Below, in pieces: positions 1 to 10,274 of a DNA stretch of 64,000 nucleotides (positions within the stretch are counted from its first letter, which is position 1; each line of letters begins with the position of its first letter). The translations under genes were made by a program, and so were the position numbers. The stretch lies in the IMG/VR virus record IMGVR_UViG_3300032562_000004, positions 124,001 to 188,000 of that record; one strand, written 5' to 3'. Below the pieces are notes generated by a model. It saw only the letters and a list, made by a program, of their open reading frames with translations, made no database searches and was not told the DNA's origin.

Positions 1-110
1 AAATTATAATCTTGAAAAGTACTTTGTCCTTGAAGATAGTTGATAAAGTTAGATTTAATAGAATCAAAATCTAAATTTGTGATTTGAATATTAGAATTAG
101 CGCCAGCCAT
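1..110 (-). CDS. gp6: Baseplate wedge gp6, N-terminal fragment (continues past the window edge)
   Basis: Own translation MAGANSNIQITNLDFDSIKSNFINYLQGQSTFQDYNF; ATG overlaps the gp25 stop (TAATG). Confidence 0.85.
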   Translation of the reverse strand, partial: MAGANSNIQITNLDFDSIKSNFINYLQGQSTFQDYN

Positions 111-499
111 TATCTGGTCCTTTGTAATATAAGATTAATTGCCGTAGGTGATGTTTGGTTACCTATAAAAACCGATAAAGATACATTAAATTGATTATTG
201 TCTGGATTAGCACTTACTACAAGAGTATTAATTGTGGCTCTTGGTTCATAATTTATTAATGTTCTTGTTATTTCATTTTGAATAAGAGTTGCAGTCAAAG
301 GTGAAACTGGTTCAAACAATAATTGATTTAATGTACTTCCTACGTCTGGTTGAAACAATCGGTCATATAAATTGGTATTCAAAAGATTACGAACCGAACG
401 AATTACCGCCTGTTCGTCATATTTCATAGAAACATCACCTGTCGCCGGTGAAGGTAGAAAGGTTAAATCTAAGTCTGAGTATATATGATTTGTTGCCAT
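110..499 (-). CDS. gp25: Baseplate wedge subunit gp25
   Basis: YSDLDLTF...AVIRSVRNLL...RLFQPDVGS...LLFEP...YEPR motifs. Confidence 0.92.
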   Translation of the reverse strand: MATNHIYSDLDLTFLPSPATGDVSMKYDEQAVIRSVRNLLNTNLYDRLFQPDVGSTLNQLLFEPVSPLTATLIQNEITRTLINYEPRATINTLVVSANPDNNQFNVSLSVFIGNQTSPTAINLILQRTR

Positions 500-523
500 T
501 CTTTATTTATTACAGTTGTATGG

Positions 524-763
524 TTAAGTTAAATTTATTATTTTCCATCCCAAATACCATTGTCCGTCTATTTGTATTGGTGTATCTGGAATTGCATTTT
601 GATTCTCTCCAATCGAAGGAGGGTCCGAAGAAAAAACTTTAACATAACCTTCTGGCATATGTGTATCTAATATTTCTAATGGAAAACTAACATTAGGAAA
701 TTCATCGCAAAGATTCATAATTGGAAATTTTTCAACCTGATTATTTGATATTTTAGCAAACAT
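524..763 (-). CDS. Small tail-fibre-associated hypothetical protein
   Basis: Co-oriented after the propeller protein; ends in a GQWYLGWKI motif. Confidence 0.5.
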   Translation of the reverse strand: MFAKISNNQVEKFPIMNLCDEFPNVSFPLEILDTHMPEGYVKVFSSDPPSIGENQNAIPDTPIQIDGQWYLGWKIINLT

Positions 764-764
764 T

Positions 765-2798
765 TTATTTTAAACTATAATAACTTCTAGTTTGATTAAA
801 AGGACTTTGAAAATACCCACAGGTAACCAATTGATTATTTGTTTGATTGTATGCCATTGAATAAAAATTATAACCAACACCCAAATATAATGAAGAATTT
901 GATGATGTCCAATTGATACCATCAAAGCTGGTAAATATGTCTCCATACAATCCCATAACAACATATTGAGTTCCTGTCCATAAACAATTTTGAAAATAAA
1001 TGGATTTTCTCAATGAATTTAAATTTCCAGCTGATGTCCAATTAATACCATCTGAACTCACTGCGGCCGATTGGCCAACAACCAAAAATTTTGTTCCGCC
1101 ATATACAATTGAATAAGCTGTATTTGCACCAAAAACTGTTCTAAAATTTGATTGTGGAGTCCAATTTACTAAATCTGTGCTTGTAACACAATTTGATGTG
1201 GCGGTTCCAACAACTACAGTTAATGTACCATTATTTGCAATAGCAGTGGCTGAATTTGCAGCACCTGAACCAAAAGCTGTTGTAAAGTTTGCTTGATTGT
1301 TCCAATTAATTGCATCAGAACTGGTAGCACATTTTCCATAAGTGCCTACTGCAATATATTGATTTCCTGTATATATTAATTTATTAACAGTATTTGTAGT
1401 GGCTGATCCAAAAACAGTTGGTAGTGTTGTTGTTTGATTTGTCCAAGTTACGCCATCCGAACTTGTCAATATCTTTGCATAAATTCCACTAACGACATAT
1501 TGAGATCCTGTCCAGGCAATTGTTTTTGGATCATTAAGTCCAAACCAAGATAATGTAAATCCATTTTGTTTTGTCCAATTAATGCCATCTGGACTAGTCG
1601 CACAATCTCCAGACGAACCAATAACAAGATATTGCGATTTATTATAATTAACGTCCCAAGGAATATTATTTACGGCAGTAAAAGGCGTATTAAAATTTCC
1701 ATTTGATAAAGACCATGAAGTTCCATTAGAGCTTATTGCCAATTTTGCCACTTGAGCAATAGTATCCTTTCCAAAAATTGCAACAGCGTTTGGACTTGCA
1801 ACAAGAGTGGATGTACTAACGCCAGGAAAAGTGCCTGGAGGATTAAGGCCATTATAAGCTGTCCATTGATTTATCAAATTTGATGATGGTTGTTTTGTCC
1901 AAGTTGATCCGGTTGTGCTGGTAATGATATTGCCTGTATTTGTTACCGCCACATATTGTGAGTTTGACCATACAATTTTTGGAGCATATTCAGTACTATT
2001 TCCTATAGCGGTTCTAAATGACGATTGATATGTCCAATTAACTCCATCAGTACTGGTTGCACAAGAAGTACCAACCGCACACATATTTGAAGCACCATTT
2101 GTAGCTATACCGTATGCGGTATTTCCAATTCCAAAAGAACTAGCAAAATTTGATTGTAGTGTCCAAGTTCTGCCATTAGAACTAGTAACTGCCGCATTCG
2201 CACCAACTCCAATCCATAAACTATTTTGTGGTAACCAAATAATTTGTTGCAAAGGATACGTGCTGGTAAAACCTATAGTAGTTAAATTTGTGGAAGGAGG
2301 ATACAATTTTCCTTCATACCAATATGCACCATTTGCTGTTGCAAAAGCGGTATAACCTGTACTAGATGCCGCCAAAAATGTATTATTATTTGATGCTAAT
2401 GTGATGGGATAAGTTGAGCCAGTAAAAATAGTATTAGAGGTATATGATGAAGTTTGGTTTGTCCAACTATTTCCTAAATTATTACTAGTAATAGCAAAAT
2501 TTCCCCCAGCAATCAATATGGTGTCATTACAAGTAGCTATTTGTGTTGAAGTTGATACAATAAAAGAAGAAAAAGCAGGTTTAATTGACCAAGTTATTAA
2601 ATCATTGCTGACAGCAAACCTGTTAGGATATGAACTAATATTATAAACAATAAAATTATTACTATTAGCGTTCCATGTTGAATTAATTGCTGAAGTTCCT
2701 ACGGCCCAAGTGTTTTGTAAATCTGAATATGTCCAAGTATTGCCTATAGATATAGTTGAAGCTCCGGCCGCAGAAAAAATAATATCTTGAACTGACAT
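765..2798 (-). CDS. BNR/Asp-box repeat beta-propeller protein, likely receptor-binding virion protein (start moved to MSVQDIIF at 2798)
   Basis: About a dozen (A/T)TS(S/P/T)DG(I/V)(N/T)WT-like repeats; ATG overlaps the upstream stop. Confidence 0.7.
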   Translation of the reverse strand: MSVQDIIFSAAGASTISIGNTWTYSDLQNTWAVGTSAINSTWNANSNNFIVYNISSYPNRFAVSNDLITWSIKPAFSSFIVSTSTQIATCNDTILIAGGNFAITSNNLGNSWTNQTSSYTSNTIFTGSTYPITLASNNNTFLAASSTGYTAFATANGAYWYEGKLYPPSTNLTTIGFTSTYPLQQIIWLPQNSLWIGVGANAAVTSSNGRTWTLQSNFASSFGIGNTAYGIATNGASNMCAVGTSCATSTDGVNWTYQSSFRTAIGNSTEYAPKIVWSNSQYVAVTNTGNIITSTTGSTWTKQPSSNLINQWTAYNGLNPPGTFPGVSTSTLVASPNAVAIFGKDTIAQVAKLAISSNGTSWSLSNGNFNTPFTAVNNIPWDVNYNKSQYLVIGSSGDCATSPDGINWTKQNGFTLSWFGLNDPKTIAWTGSQYVVSGIYAKILTSSDGVTWTNQTTTLPTVFGSATTNTVNKLIYTGNQYIAVGTYGKCATSSDAINWNNQANFTTAFGSGAANSATAIANNGTLTVVVGTATSNCVTSTDLVNWTPQSNFRTVFGANTAYSIVYGGTKFLVVGQSAAVSSDGINWTSAGNLNSLRKSIYFQNCLWTGTQYVVMGLYGDIFTSFDGINWTSSNSSLYLGVGYNFYSMAYNQTNNQLVTCGYFQSPFNQTRSYYSLK

Positions 2799-3688
2799 TA
2801 TCTGATATCCTTTGATAACAATAATCCATTCCAAGTTGTTCCAGAATCATATGTAAAAAACGCTAATATATCTCTACCTGAAGCGGTTAATGTTGGTGCG
2901 GTTTGTGCTGACCATTTGGTATTTGCCATCCAAAAAATTGTATTTGAGCCTCCGTTAGTCAAGTCAAGAATAAAGCTTCCAACAATTCCTGCAGGTGGAA
3001 CATTTGCAACAACAAAAGACGTATTTGAATTTATAGTTTTTGAAAAATAATTTCCTAATGAAATATCAATAGTATTTGCTGAAACTGTAGATTTAACTTC
3101 TTTTAAAGATGTTACTGTAATTGAGCTTGCAACAATATTTGCAGAAGTTGTAATATTATTAGCTAAAGTAAATGCTGCATTTGAAAATGTAAATAATTCT
3201 GTTCCATTAACATACACTCCTGCGGCAGTTACATTTCCTGTTGTTATAATACTTTCAGTAGTATTAACAGAAATGTTAGTAATATTTACATTCTCAATAG
3301 TGGTGTTACCTGTAACAATTAATGTACCATTAATACGAACATTACCTGAAACTGTGCCGCCAGTATAAACAAATGTATTTCCTACATTAGCGGTATTATA
3401 TGCCGCATTGGCTTGATTGAAAGCTGCATTGGCTTGATTGAAAGCTGCACCAGAAATTGTATTGGCAAAATTGTATGCCGCTTGAGCCGTTGTTAATGCC
3501 GATTGTGCAACATTAAGAGAAGTATTGGCTTGAGCAAAAGCCAGATTAGCCTGTATAAATTCTGGATCTAAAATAGGCACAGAAACATATAACGTTCCCG
3601 CAACATTAGAACTACCAACCACACCGCCAGTTTGACCGGCCACGGAAGATATTACTGCTGGATCTAAAGGTAAATTAAAATTAATCAT
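2798..3688 (-). CDS. Tail fibre-like protein with C-terminal adaptor-like domain
   Basis: AAFNQAN repeats, GGTVSGN fibre-like segments, C-terminal WSAQTAPTLTASGRDILAFFTYD. Confidence 0.6.
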   Translation of the reverse strand: MINFNLPLDPAVISSVAGQTGGVVGSSNVAGTLYVSVPILDPEFIQANLAFAQANTSLNVAQSALTTAQAAYNFANTISGAAFNQANAAFNQANAAYNTANVGNTFVYTGGTVSGNVRINGTLIVTGNTTIENVNITNISVNTTESIITTGNVTAAGVYVNGTELFTFSNAAFTLANNITTSANIVASSITVTSLKEVKSTVSANTIDISLGNYFSKTINSNTSFVVANVPPAGIVGSFILDLTNGGSNTIFWMANTKWSAQTAPTLTASGRDILAFFTYDSGTTWNGLLLSKDIR

Positions 3689-4482
3689 TAATATCCTAAC
3701 TCAGAATGTAGTTTGCTGGTTCCAATTAGTTGAATGAGTGAGTTTTGTGTACCACCCATATTACTAAATTGTAAAAGTGTTTGGTAGTCTTGTAAAACAG
3801 ACAAAGAGTTTTGGTAAAATGCCCAATCTTGTGTTCTTTGATTATCAACCAAAGTTTGTAATGTTTGTACATCAGATACAATTACATTCATTGCTGCATT
3901 TGATATATTACTTGTATTTGCTGTAATTGAATTATTTAATGTATTATAATCAATGGTAATATTATTACTTGAATTTGATAACTGTGGTCCAATATATAAA
4001 CTGGTAAAATTACCAAGTATAGGTGTATTATTTTGTACACCATCTGTTGTACTGGTTATGTTTAACATCTGGCGACCAACAGCCAAAGCAGAAGTTAAAT
4101 CTGGATACAAAGCAGTATTGGCAGAACGAGAAACACCAGATAAATTATTAGTATGAGTTGTAAAATTAATTAAAGATGAAGATAATGTTGCCAAACTACT
4201 AGATAACGTATTTGCTGTGTCTGGAGCATTAGTAAAAATGGTTGTATTTGAATTGGCCAATGTTGCCAAACCGTTCAAATAGATTGATAGTGTTGCCAAT
4301 ACATATTGATGTGGATTTTGATAATAACCACCAACGTTACTATTGGCAAGGTCATTAATCTGCCATTGAGATAATTGTATGTTTGTGTTACTAATATAAT
4401 TAATAACATTTTGTGAAAGTACATCCGCACCATTAAATAATGATGTGTTGAAATTGTATCCTAATCGACCATATACACTCAT
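3688..4482 (-). CDS. Hypothetical virion protein
   Basis: N/S/T-rich 264 aa ORF tiled within the baseplate operon. Confidence 0.5.
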   Translation of the reverse strand: MSVYGRLGYNFNTSLFNGADVLSQNVINYISNTNIQLSQWQINDLANSNVGGYYQNPHQYVLATLSIYLNGLATLANSNTTIFTNAPDTANTLSSSLATLSSSLINFTTHTNNLSGVSRSANTALYPDLTSALAVGRQMLNITSTTDGVQNNTPILGNFTSLYIGPQLSNSSNNITIDYNTLNNSITANTSNISNAAMNVIVSDVQTLQTLVDNQRTQDWAFYQNSLSVLQDYQTLLQFSNMGGTQNSLIQLIGTSKLHSELGY

Positions 4483-4484
4483 GA

Positions 4485-5309
4485 TTATATTTCCATCGGA
4501 CTAGTTGGTGGTGATGTTGGGAAACCTTTGTTACCAATATGAACGTGTTGGTCTACCTTCAATCTAAACATTTCCATAGCACCAAACATATCAGATACAG
4601 TAGGTGCAAACATTGATATACCAGCATTTATAAAACCTACTGCTGTAATTGACCCTGGTGTAGCAGGACCAGGAAGTCCAACATTGATACCTCCAAGTGT
4701 TGAGATACCTGCGGTTGGATTTTCTGAACCAGGAATACCAGCATGAATACCTGTGCCTGCGGTTACTGAACCTGAAGAATGTAAAGAATCAGCAAGTACT
4801 TCACCATGAACCGTAACATCAGTATCAACAATTAATCTATCACCAGCAATCATGTGAATCGATCCGGTTTGACCGAGATTATTAATATTTAAGTCTCCAC
4901 CTGCACTCAAGGTCATATTACCTTTGGCTAATACATTATAATTACCATCAACAACTTTATTAAAATCACCTTTAATGTGTTCGTAGGCATCGCCTTGAAC
5001 ATCCAATACCGCATCACCTTGAATCGTAATATTACAAATACCTTGAATTAATACATTGTTATCTTTAGCAACAATAGTATAATTTGTACCAAGTATTTTG
5101 TGAACTACTGAACCATCAGGTTGAATTTCAGTAAATGTTCCGGCTTTATGTTGTGTTCTAATACGTTCAGCACCAGGAGTATCATCAAACTCTTGAAAAT
5201 GACCAGATTCGGTCTGCATTACATTGTTGTATGGATACTGTGTCTGAGATGCCGATACCGGTTCTGTCCATGAGTAATCTACTGTACCTGCGCCACTTGA
5301 ATTAGCCAT
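4485..5309 (-). CDS. gp5: gp5-like baseplate spike, C-terminal (beta-helix) part
   Basis: YPYNNVMQTESGHFQEFDDTPGAERIR..HKAGTF.EI.PDG motif followed by beta-helix repeats; no lysozyme domain. Confidence 0.8.
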   Translation of the reverse strand: MANSSGAGTVDYSWTEPVSASQTQYPYNNVMQTESGHFQEFDDTPGAERIRTQHKAGTFTEIQPDGSVVHKILGTNYTIVAKDNNVLIQGICNITIQGDAVLDVQGDAYEHIKGDFNKVVDGNYNVLAKGNMTLSAGGDLNINNLGQTGSIHMIAGDRLIVDTDVTVHGEVLADSLHSSGSVTAGTGIHAGIPGSENPTAGISTLGGINVGLPGPATPGSITAVGFINAGISMFAPTVSDMFGAMEMFRLKVDQHVHIGNKGFPTSPPTSPMEI

Positions 5310-5317
5310 AATATGTC

Positions 5318-6184
5318 CTAAGGTTTAGCAGAACTTGGTGCATTAAATCCAGCGGCAGAAAATACTGCTGCTGTTGCTGCTTGTTGTGCTTGTGTATTTG
5401 CCACAGGAGTTAGACCTGGTGTTAAAGCAGAAATTGCTAAATTTGCCGGAGCAGCAGCTAAAGCAACCGAAGCGGAAATTAATTGTGATGTTTGATTTAT
5501 TACATCTTTAGCTGCCGAAATAATACTATCGGATGAACTTGTATCAATACTATCAGTTGAATCTGCCACGACAGACAAATATCCTGCTTGTAATTGTGCA
5601 TATGCTTTTTGTAAACAATCTTTAAAGAAAACAATCAGTTCAGAAGGTAAAGCAAGAATATAAGCAATTAACTGTTTAATAGCATTAACATAAACAATTA
5701 AACCATTAATTTGAGCGGTTAAATCTTTTACCCATTTAGTAGCATCAGCAATATCATGTGCTAATTTTTTTAATTGTGAACTTAATCCATTGGAAGTTGG
5801 CGTTACACCTAAAAAAGCTAATAGAGCTTTAATACCATTACGAATTGCAAGAATAATTTGTCTGCCTACTGAACCTGCTTTAAATAATGCGGTACTAACA
5901 GATGCCGGTAAATTACAGACGTGAGCAATATTTTGATTTGATTTTCGTAATGCTGTGTCTGCGCTAGGAGCATTACCTGAAGCATAGATTGGAATATTAG
6001 ATGGTGCACCAGGTTGTGGTGTATCACCAGAGGTGACTGTTGTTGGTGAATTGTTGGCCGTAGTAACAACAGGCAGTGTTGCGCTCGTTGATGTTGGTTT
6101 AGAATTTAATAATGCAACAAAAGCTGCTGCACTTACGCCAGCAATTTTAACAGTAGGACTTAAATTTGATAATAAATTTGCCAT
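5318..6184 (-). CDS. Hypothetical helical protein between the two gp5 halves
   Basis: 288 aa Ala/Leu-rich ORF starting 1 nt after the gp5-N stop. Confidence 0.55.
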   Translation of the reverse strand: MANLLSNLSPTVKIAGVSAAAFVALLNSKPTSTSATLPVVTTANNSPTTVTSGDTPQPGAPSNIPIYASGNAPSADTALRKSNQNIAHVCNLPASVSTALFKAGSVGRQIILAIRNGIKALLAFLGVTPTSNGLSSQLKKLAHDIADATKWVKDLTAQINGLIVYVNAIKQLIAYILALPSELIVFFKDCLQKAYAQLQAGYLSVVADSTDSIDTSSSDSIISAAKDVINQTSQLISASVALAAAPANLAISALTPGLTPVANTQAQQAATAAVFSAAGFNAPSSAKP

Positions 6185-6185
6185 T

Positions 6186-6497
6186 TTATTTTGGTTTTAT
6201 TCCTGGAAGAATACCCATCATAATTGGAAATTGACCTGATTCTCCGTCCATGAAGAATCCTACGATCCAATCTCCAACTCTTGGTTTACTGAATGTGTTA
6301 GGTGAATTTAATGGTAACATTGGGTGAGCCCAAGGTAAATCTTTTGTGGGTAATGCAGTAGTATCATCTGTGTGCCAACCAAATATACGAACTTGGCAAC
6401 GACCAATACCTAATGGATCTTTTCGAGCTTCTTCATTTTCAATTACACCAATCCACCAAATAAACCCACTTAATCCAGCAAAATTATTACGTTCCAT
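6186..6497 (-). CDS. gp5: gp5 N-terminal OB-fold as a stand-alone protein
   Basis: FIWWIGVIE...DPLGIGRCQVRIFGWH...LPWA...GDWIVGFFMDG..GQFPIMMG. Confidence 0.85.
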   Translation of the reverse strand: MERNNFAGLSGFIWWIGVIENEEARKDPLGIGRCQVRIFGWHTDDTTALPTKDLPWAHPMLPLNSPNTFSKPRVGDWIVGFFMDGESGQFPIMMGILPGIKPK

Positions 6498-7927
6498 TAT
6501 ATCTGTACACCATTAATATATTGTGTTAAAGAAGTACTTGTACCTGAATAAGAAGTGTTTACACTTTCTTTACACATTTCTAGTACCGTTATATATCCGT
6601 TGTTTTTAACGATATGTCTGCATGCAGTCACAAGGTATCTACCTGAATAAAATGGATCAGGTTCTCTTGTAACATTAGAACCACTTTGTGTAAAATTTAC
6701 TGGATTAATTCCATAAGTGTTAAAATTAACAACCGTACCAGCAGCCAATAAAGGATCACCAGGTACAGAAATTTTAATTCTCATATAATTAGCTATAGCT
6801 AATTGAGCAACTCGATTAGGAATGTATTTTTCAATTTGTACATCATTAGCAACGGCATCAGGTCCTTGTGATATATATGCATTTTTCTTTTGATTGGCAT
6901 TACCAGAACTCATTCGAAGTGTACCAATTTCAAGACCAACTACTGTTTTTGGTGGTGTTTCATACATCGTACCACCCAATCTATTCTTATAGTTGTTGGT
7001 CAAAGGAAACTTATTCATCGTTTTGGTGTTTGGATTTGAAAGATATTCATCGTAATTAAAAATACCAGTATTTGCCGTTCTTTGTAATGGATCCAAAGTA
7101 ATAACTTTATTTGACCACATACCATTAGATACAGCACCTAAAGTATCAAAGAAATTCAACATTTCGAAATCACTAGCATTAGTTAATTGTTGCTGAATAT
7201 TAATTTGACCTTGTACTGCCAATAAGTTTTTGGGATCATACTTATATGTTTGATATGAATTTGATTTATATAAGTTCTGTAATGAATGAAAATGATATCC
7301 GTTACTATTTTCATAGAACAACATATCAGCACCTGTATTGTTTACTGGCAAAGCATATGTTGATAACCAATTGATTGTTTCAAATATTTTTTTATTAGGT
7401 AAAATAAAATCGTAAACACCTTGAGTGGCATCGATGTATAAACGTTTATTACCTTTGCCTGCCAATACATAAGTGTTTAGAATGTTGGTAATAATATCCG
7501 ATATCATCGTACCTTTAACGGACTTAGAGATACGGTATTGTTCAGATAAAAAGAATTCTTCAGAAATAAAATTAATTACATATACTTCATAGTTATTACT
7601 ATCAGCAGTAACTCGCTTACTAATTTTGTATACTCGATAATTTCTAGAAAGAAATAGATTATCTGCTGTAGTTTTCTGTAATTGAACCTGAAGAAATTCA
7701 GTACCATTTAAAAGATAGTTAGCAATAATACCCAAAGCATCTTGTATGACCACTTCACCTGAAATGGTCGAACTGTAAATGTCCTCATATAGATTTAATT
7801 CAATCATCAAAGGACTTAAATCAATTGCACCATTGTTCAATGGTGTGTATAAAGCTAATGTTTTAAGATTATAATCGGTAGGATAACGTATATACTGTGT
7901 ACCAGTATTTGTACCGTTGGTTGCCAT
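6497..7927 (-). CDS. Baseplate hub protein (gp27-like)
   Basis: ELNLYEDIYS..ISG...D N-terminus, GDP...AG..V and SGRYLVTACRH C-terminus; position between gp53 and gp5. Confidence 0.65.
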   Translation of the reverse strand: MATNGTNTGTQYIRYPTDYNLKTLALYTPLNNGAIDLSPLMIELNLYEDIYSSTISGEVVIQDALGIIANYLLNGTEFLQVQLQKTTADNLFLSRNYRVYKISKRVTADSNNYEVYVINFISEEFFLSEQYRISKSVKGTMISDIITNILNTYVLAGKGNKRLYIDATQGVYDFILPNKKIFETINWLSTYALPVNNTGADMLFYENSNGYHFHSLQNLYKSNSYQTYKYDPKNLLAVQGQINIQQQLTNASDFEMLNFFDTLGAVSNGMWSNKVITLDPLQRTANTGIFNYDEYLSNPNTKTMNKFPLTNNYKNRLGGTMYETPPKTVVGLEIGTLRMSSGNANQKKNAYISQGPDAVANDVQIEKYIPNRVAQLAIANYMRIKISVPGDPLLAAGTVVNFNTYGINPVNFTQSGSNVTREPDPFYSGRYLVTACRHIVKNNGYITVLEMCKESVNTSYSGTSTSLTQYINGVQI

Positions 7928-7928
7928 A

Positions 7929-8555
7929 CTAAGCCTTCACTAGGGTTTGATAACGAGATTCAATTTGATTGGCGTATGCCGAATTGATGATGTTTATATT
8001 TCTTTTTGATTCGTTTAATTTATTTTCGTAATCATAAATTGAAACGGCATTGGTTGAAATAGTATATGTTATTTTTGTTCCATTAGAAAAAGATTTGGTT
8101 ACTGTTGATGGTATAATCAAATTATATGTAGGTTCATCAATCTCAACAGTTTTAATTGCTGTTGTTCCTGAATCCCCGTCAACAGAAGTAACTGTCTTTT
8201 CATAATGATGAATAGTACCTTGAGTGTACGATAATACATTACCATTGGCCACAGCACCATACTTATCATTTAAATAAATCAAAAATTGTTGTGAACTCAT
8301 TGGCCAATCTGCCTGAGGATCCAATATGGTTGGATTACCATACAATGTAATCCAAAATCTAAATGGATCACCATAATATTTGTTGGCAATAATTTCTGGT
8401 GTATCACCATCTTGTACAGAATAAGCATAGAACAACAAAGGGTTCTTGGCTAATTGTGGTATCAACTGTGTACGAATCAATAGATTTTTTAATGCAACAA
8501 TGTTTCCATTGTTATCATTGGCGGTAAGATAAGGTAAAGAATTAAAGTATCTCAT
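7929..8555 (-). CDS. gp53: Baseplate wedge gp53 (LysM-like)
   Basis: MRYFNSLP...YSVQDGDTPEIIANKYYGDP..FW. Confidence 0.88.
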   Translation of the reverse strand: MRYFNSLPYLTANDNNGNIVALKNLLIRTQLIPQLAKNPLLFYAYSVQDGDTPEIIANKYYGDPFRFWITLYGNPTILDPQADWPMSSQQFLIYLNDKYGAVANGNVLSYTQGTIHHYEKTVTSVDGDSGTTAIKTVEIDEPTYNLIIPSTVTKSFSNGTKITYTISTNAVSIYDYENKLNESKRNINIINSAYANQIESRYQTLVKA

Positions 8556-8558
8556 TTT

Positions 8559-9791
8559 TTAAAATTGTTGAGCTTGTAACATAGCTGTTTGTTGAGAACC
8601 AGGAGTTGTATTAAATTGTGTGGCGGTGGCAATATTTTGCTGTTGATTATTATAATTAGCTGCCACAGCACTACCTTTAAAGTTATTTTTAGTGTAGATA
8701 GTAGTTTCTTTAAATTGTAATACGATTCTAGTTTGTACTGGATAACCATCATCATATGTTGCCCAACCGTTAGGGGCATAATCAATTGAAACATTTGTTA
8801 AAACGCAATCATTAACTGTAAATGTTTTAGATGGTGTGCCACCCGTAATATTATTGGTTTGTGTTAAGAATCCAAGGCCACTTGCTGCCAATGCTGAGGA
8901 AATAGTATTGGTAATTTGACCAACAATACCTGAAGCACCTAAAAATTGAAATTGGACCTTGAATACTTGTGGTGGTGTTAAAAATTGTCCTGATGTACCA
9001 GTCATAGCACCAGCAATACCAGGTAATGAAAAATAAGCAAATGAATCGCAGATGTTTTGAATTGTTTGTGCTTCGGCTGCTGACTTTGGTGTTAATACAA
9101 ATTCCAATTGAAACTCTCTTAAATCAACACCTTTGTATAATAATTGCATTTGTGGGTTGGTAACTACTCCTAATGCTTGTGCAGCTAAACCACCTAATGC
9201 GGTGCCGTCCATTCCAAATGGACCACCAAGTTTATTAATTGTTGAACCAAATACTTTAGCGCCAATAGCCGTAGCCCATGGAGTAATAGCAGTTTGTAAA
9301 TCTCTACCTTTTTGGTCAGAATAAGCATTAGCAATCATACCAGGAAGTCCTAGTGCATCAGTCAAACTAACTTCACCATAGTTTGAAGTATAATTGATTG
9401 CCATGGTTTCTGGCATGAATAGTGAAATTGTTGCTAGTGGTGTACCTTGTGTTAATGGTTGATACTGAGATGCTGAAAACATGGTAGAGGCAACACTTTT
9501 TCCTGCATTAATAAAATTTTGAGCATCTGCCAGACTAGCATTACCTTCAATTAAATTCTTGCCACCAGCAATTACTGAATTACCTAAATCGGCTAAATTG
9601 TTACCAACGCCTGATTTATAATCATAAGCCTGAAAAATTACAGCATGACCTAATGTAGTATTAGTTCCTAAATCGGCTGGAAATACCATGTTTTGTGCTG
9701 AAGGTGTTCCGCCTAAGAGACTAGCTAATGGACTGGCAATTGAATTTAAACTAACGCCGCCAATATTTGTTGGTATAACTTGTAATCCCAT
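8559..9791 (-). CDS. gp48: Baseplate tail-tube cap gp48
   Basis: LFMPET....Y...Y and NPQMQLLYKGVDLREFQLEFVLTPKSAAEA motifs. Confidence 0.82.
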   Translation of the reverse strand: MGLQVIPTNIGGVSLNSIASPLASLLGGTPSAQNMVFPADLGTNTTLGHAVIFQAYDYKSGVGNNLADLGNSVIAGGKNLIEGNASLADAQNFINAGKSVASTMFSASQYQPLTQGTPLATISLFMPETMAINYTSNYGEVSLTDALGLPGMIANAYSDQKGRDLQTAITPWATAIGAKVFGSTINKLGGPFGMDGTALGGLAAQALGVVTNPQMQLLYKGVDLREFQLEFVLTPKSAAEAQTIQNICDSFAYFSLPGIAGAMTGTSGQFLTPPQVFKVQFQFLGASGIVGQITNTISSALAASGLGFLTQTNNITGGTPSKTFTVNDCVLTNVSIDYAPNGWATYDDGYPVQTRIVLQFKETTIYTKNNFKGSAVAANYNNQQQNIATATQFNTTPGSQQTAMLQAQQF

Positions 9792-9824
9792 GGTACTCTC
9801 TGGTTAATTGAATATATATTATTT

Positions 9825-10274
9825 ATGTCTAGAAATTCAGCTTATTCCGGAAAGTTCAAACCTAAAAATCCCCACAAGTATGTTGGTGATCCAACCAATA
9901 TTATTTACCGATCTTCGTGGGAATGTCGTTTTATGCACCATTTTGATGTATCGGATTGGTGTATAAACTGGTCAAGTGAAGAACTCGTGGTACCTTATAT
10001 TTCTCCTGTTGATAATCAATGGCACCGATATTTTGTTGATTTTGTTATAAAAGTTAAAAATGAAAAAGGTGAAATAAAAACTTGGATGATAGAAGTTAAA
10101 CCTAAAAAACAAACAAAAGAACCGGAAATAAAAAAAAGGGTTACCAAACAATATATCACAGAAGTTGTGACTTGGGGTGTAAATCAAGCCAAATGGAAGG
10201 CGGCCGAAGAATATTGTTTAGACCGTGGATGGAAATTTGTTATATTCACAGAGGATCAATTACCTAAGTTTTGA
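9825..10274 (+). CDS. gp4: Head completion protein gp4 (TnsA-like nuclease fold)
   Basis: YSGKFKPKNPHKYVGDPTNIIYRSSWE...WSSEE..VPY.SP.D...HRYFVDF...EVKP. Confidence 0.92.
   Translation: MSRNSAYSGKFKPKNPHKYVGDPTNIIYRSSWECRFMHHFDVSDWCINWSSEELVVPYISPVDNQWHRYFVDFVIKVKNEKGEIKTWMIEVKPKKQTKEPEIKKRVTKQYITEVVTWGVNQAKWKAAEEYCLDRGWKFVIFTEDQLPKF

Noticed and set aside
765-2798. Diversity-generating retroelement target
   Set aside because: No reverse transcriptase or template/variable repeat pair seen
3405-3446. 21-nt tandem repeat as a variable locus
   Set aside because: Only two in-frame copies (AAFNQAN), ordinary for fibre helices
5318-6184. Group I intron or intein interrupting gp5
   Set aside because: No intron core elements, splicing motifs or nuclease motifs; each part has its own start and stop
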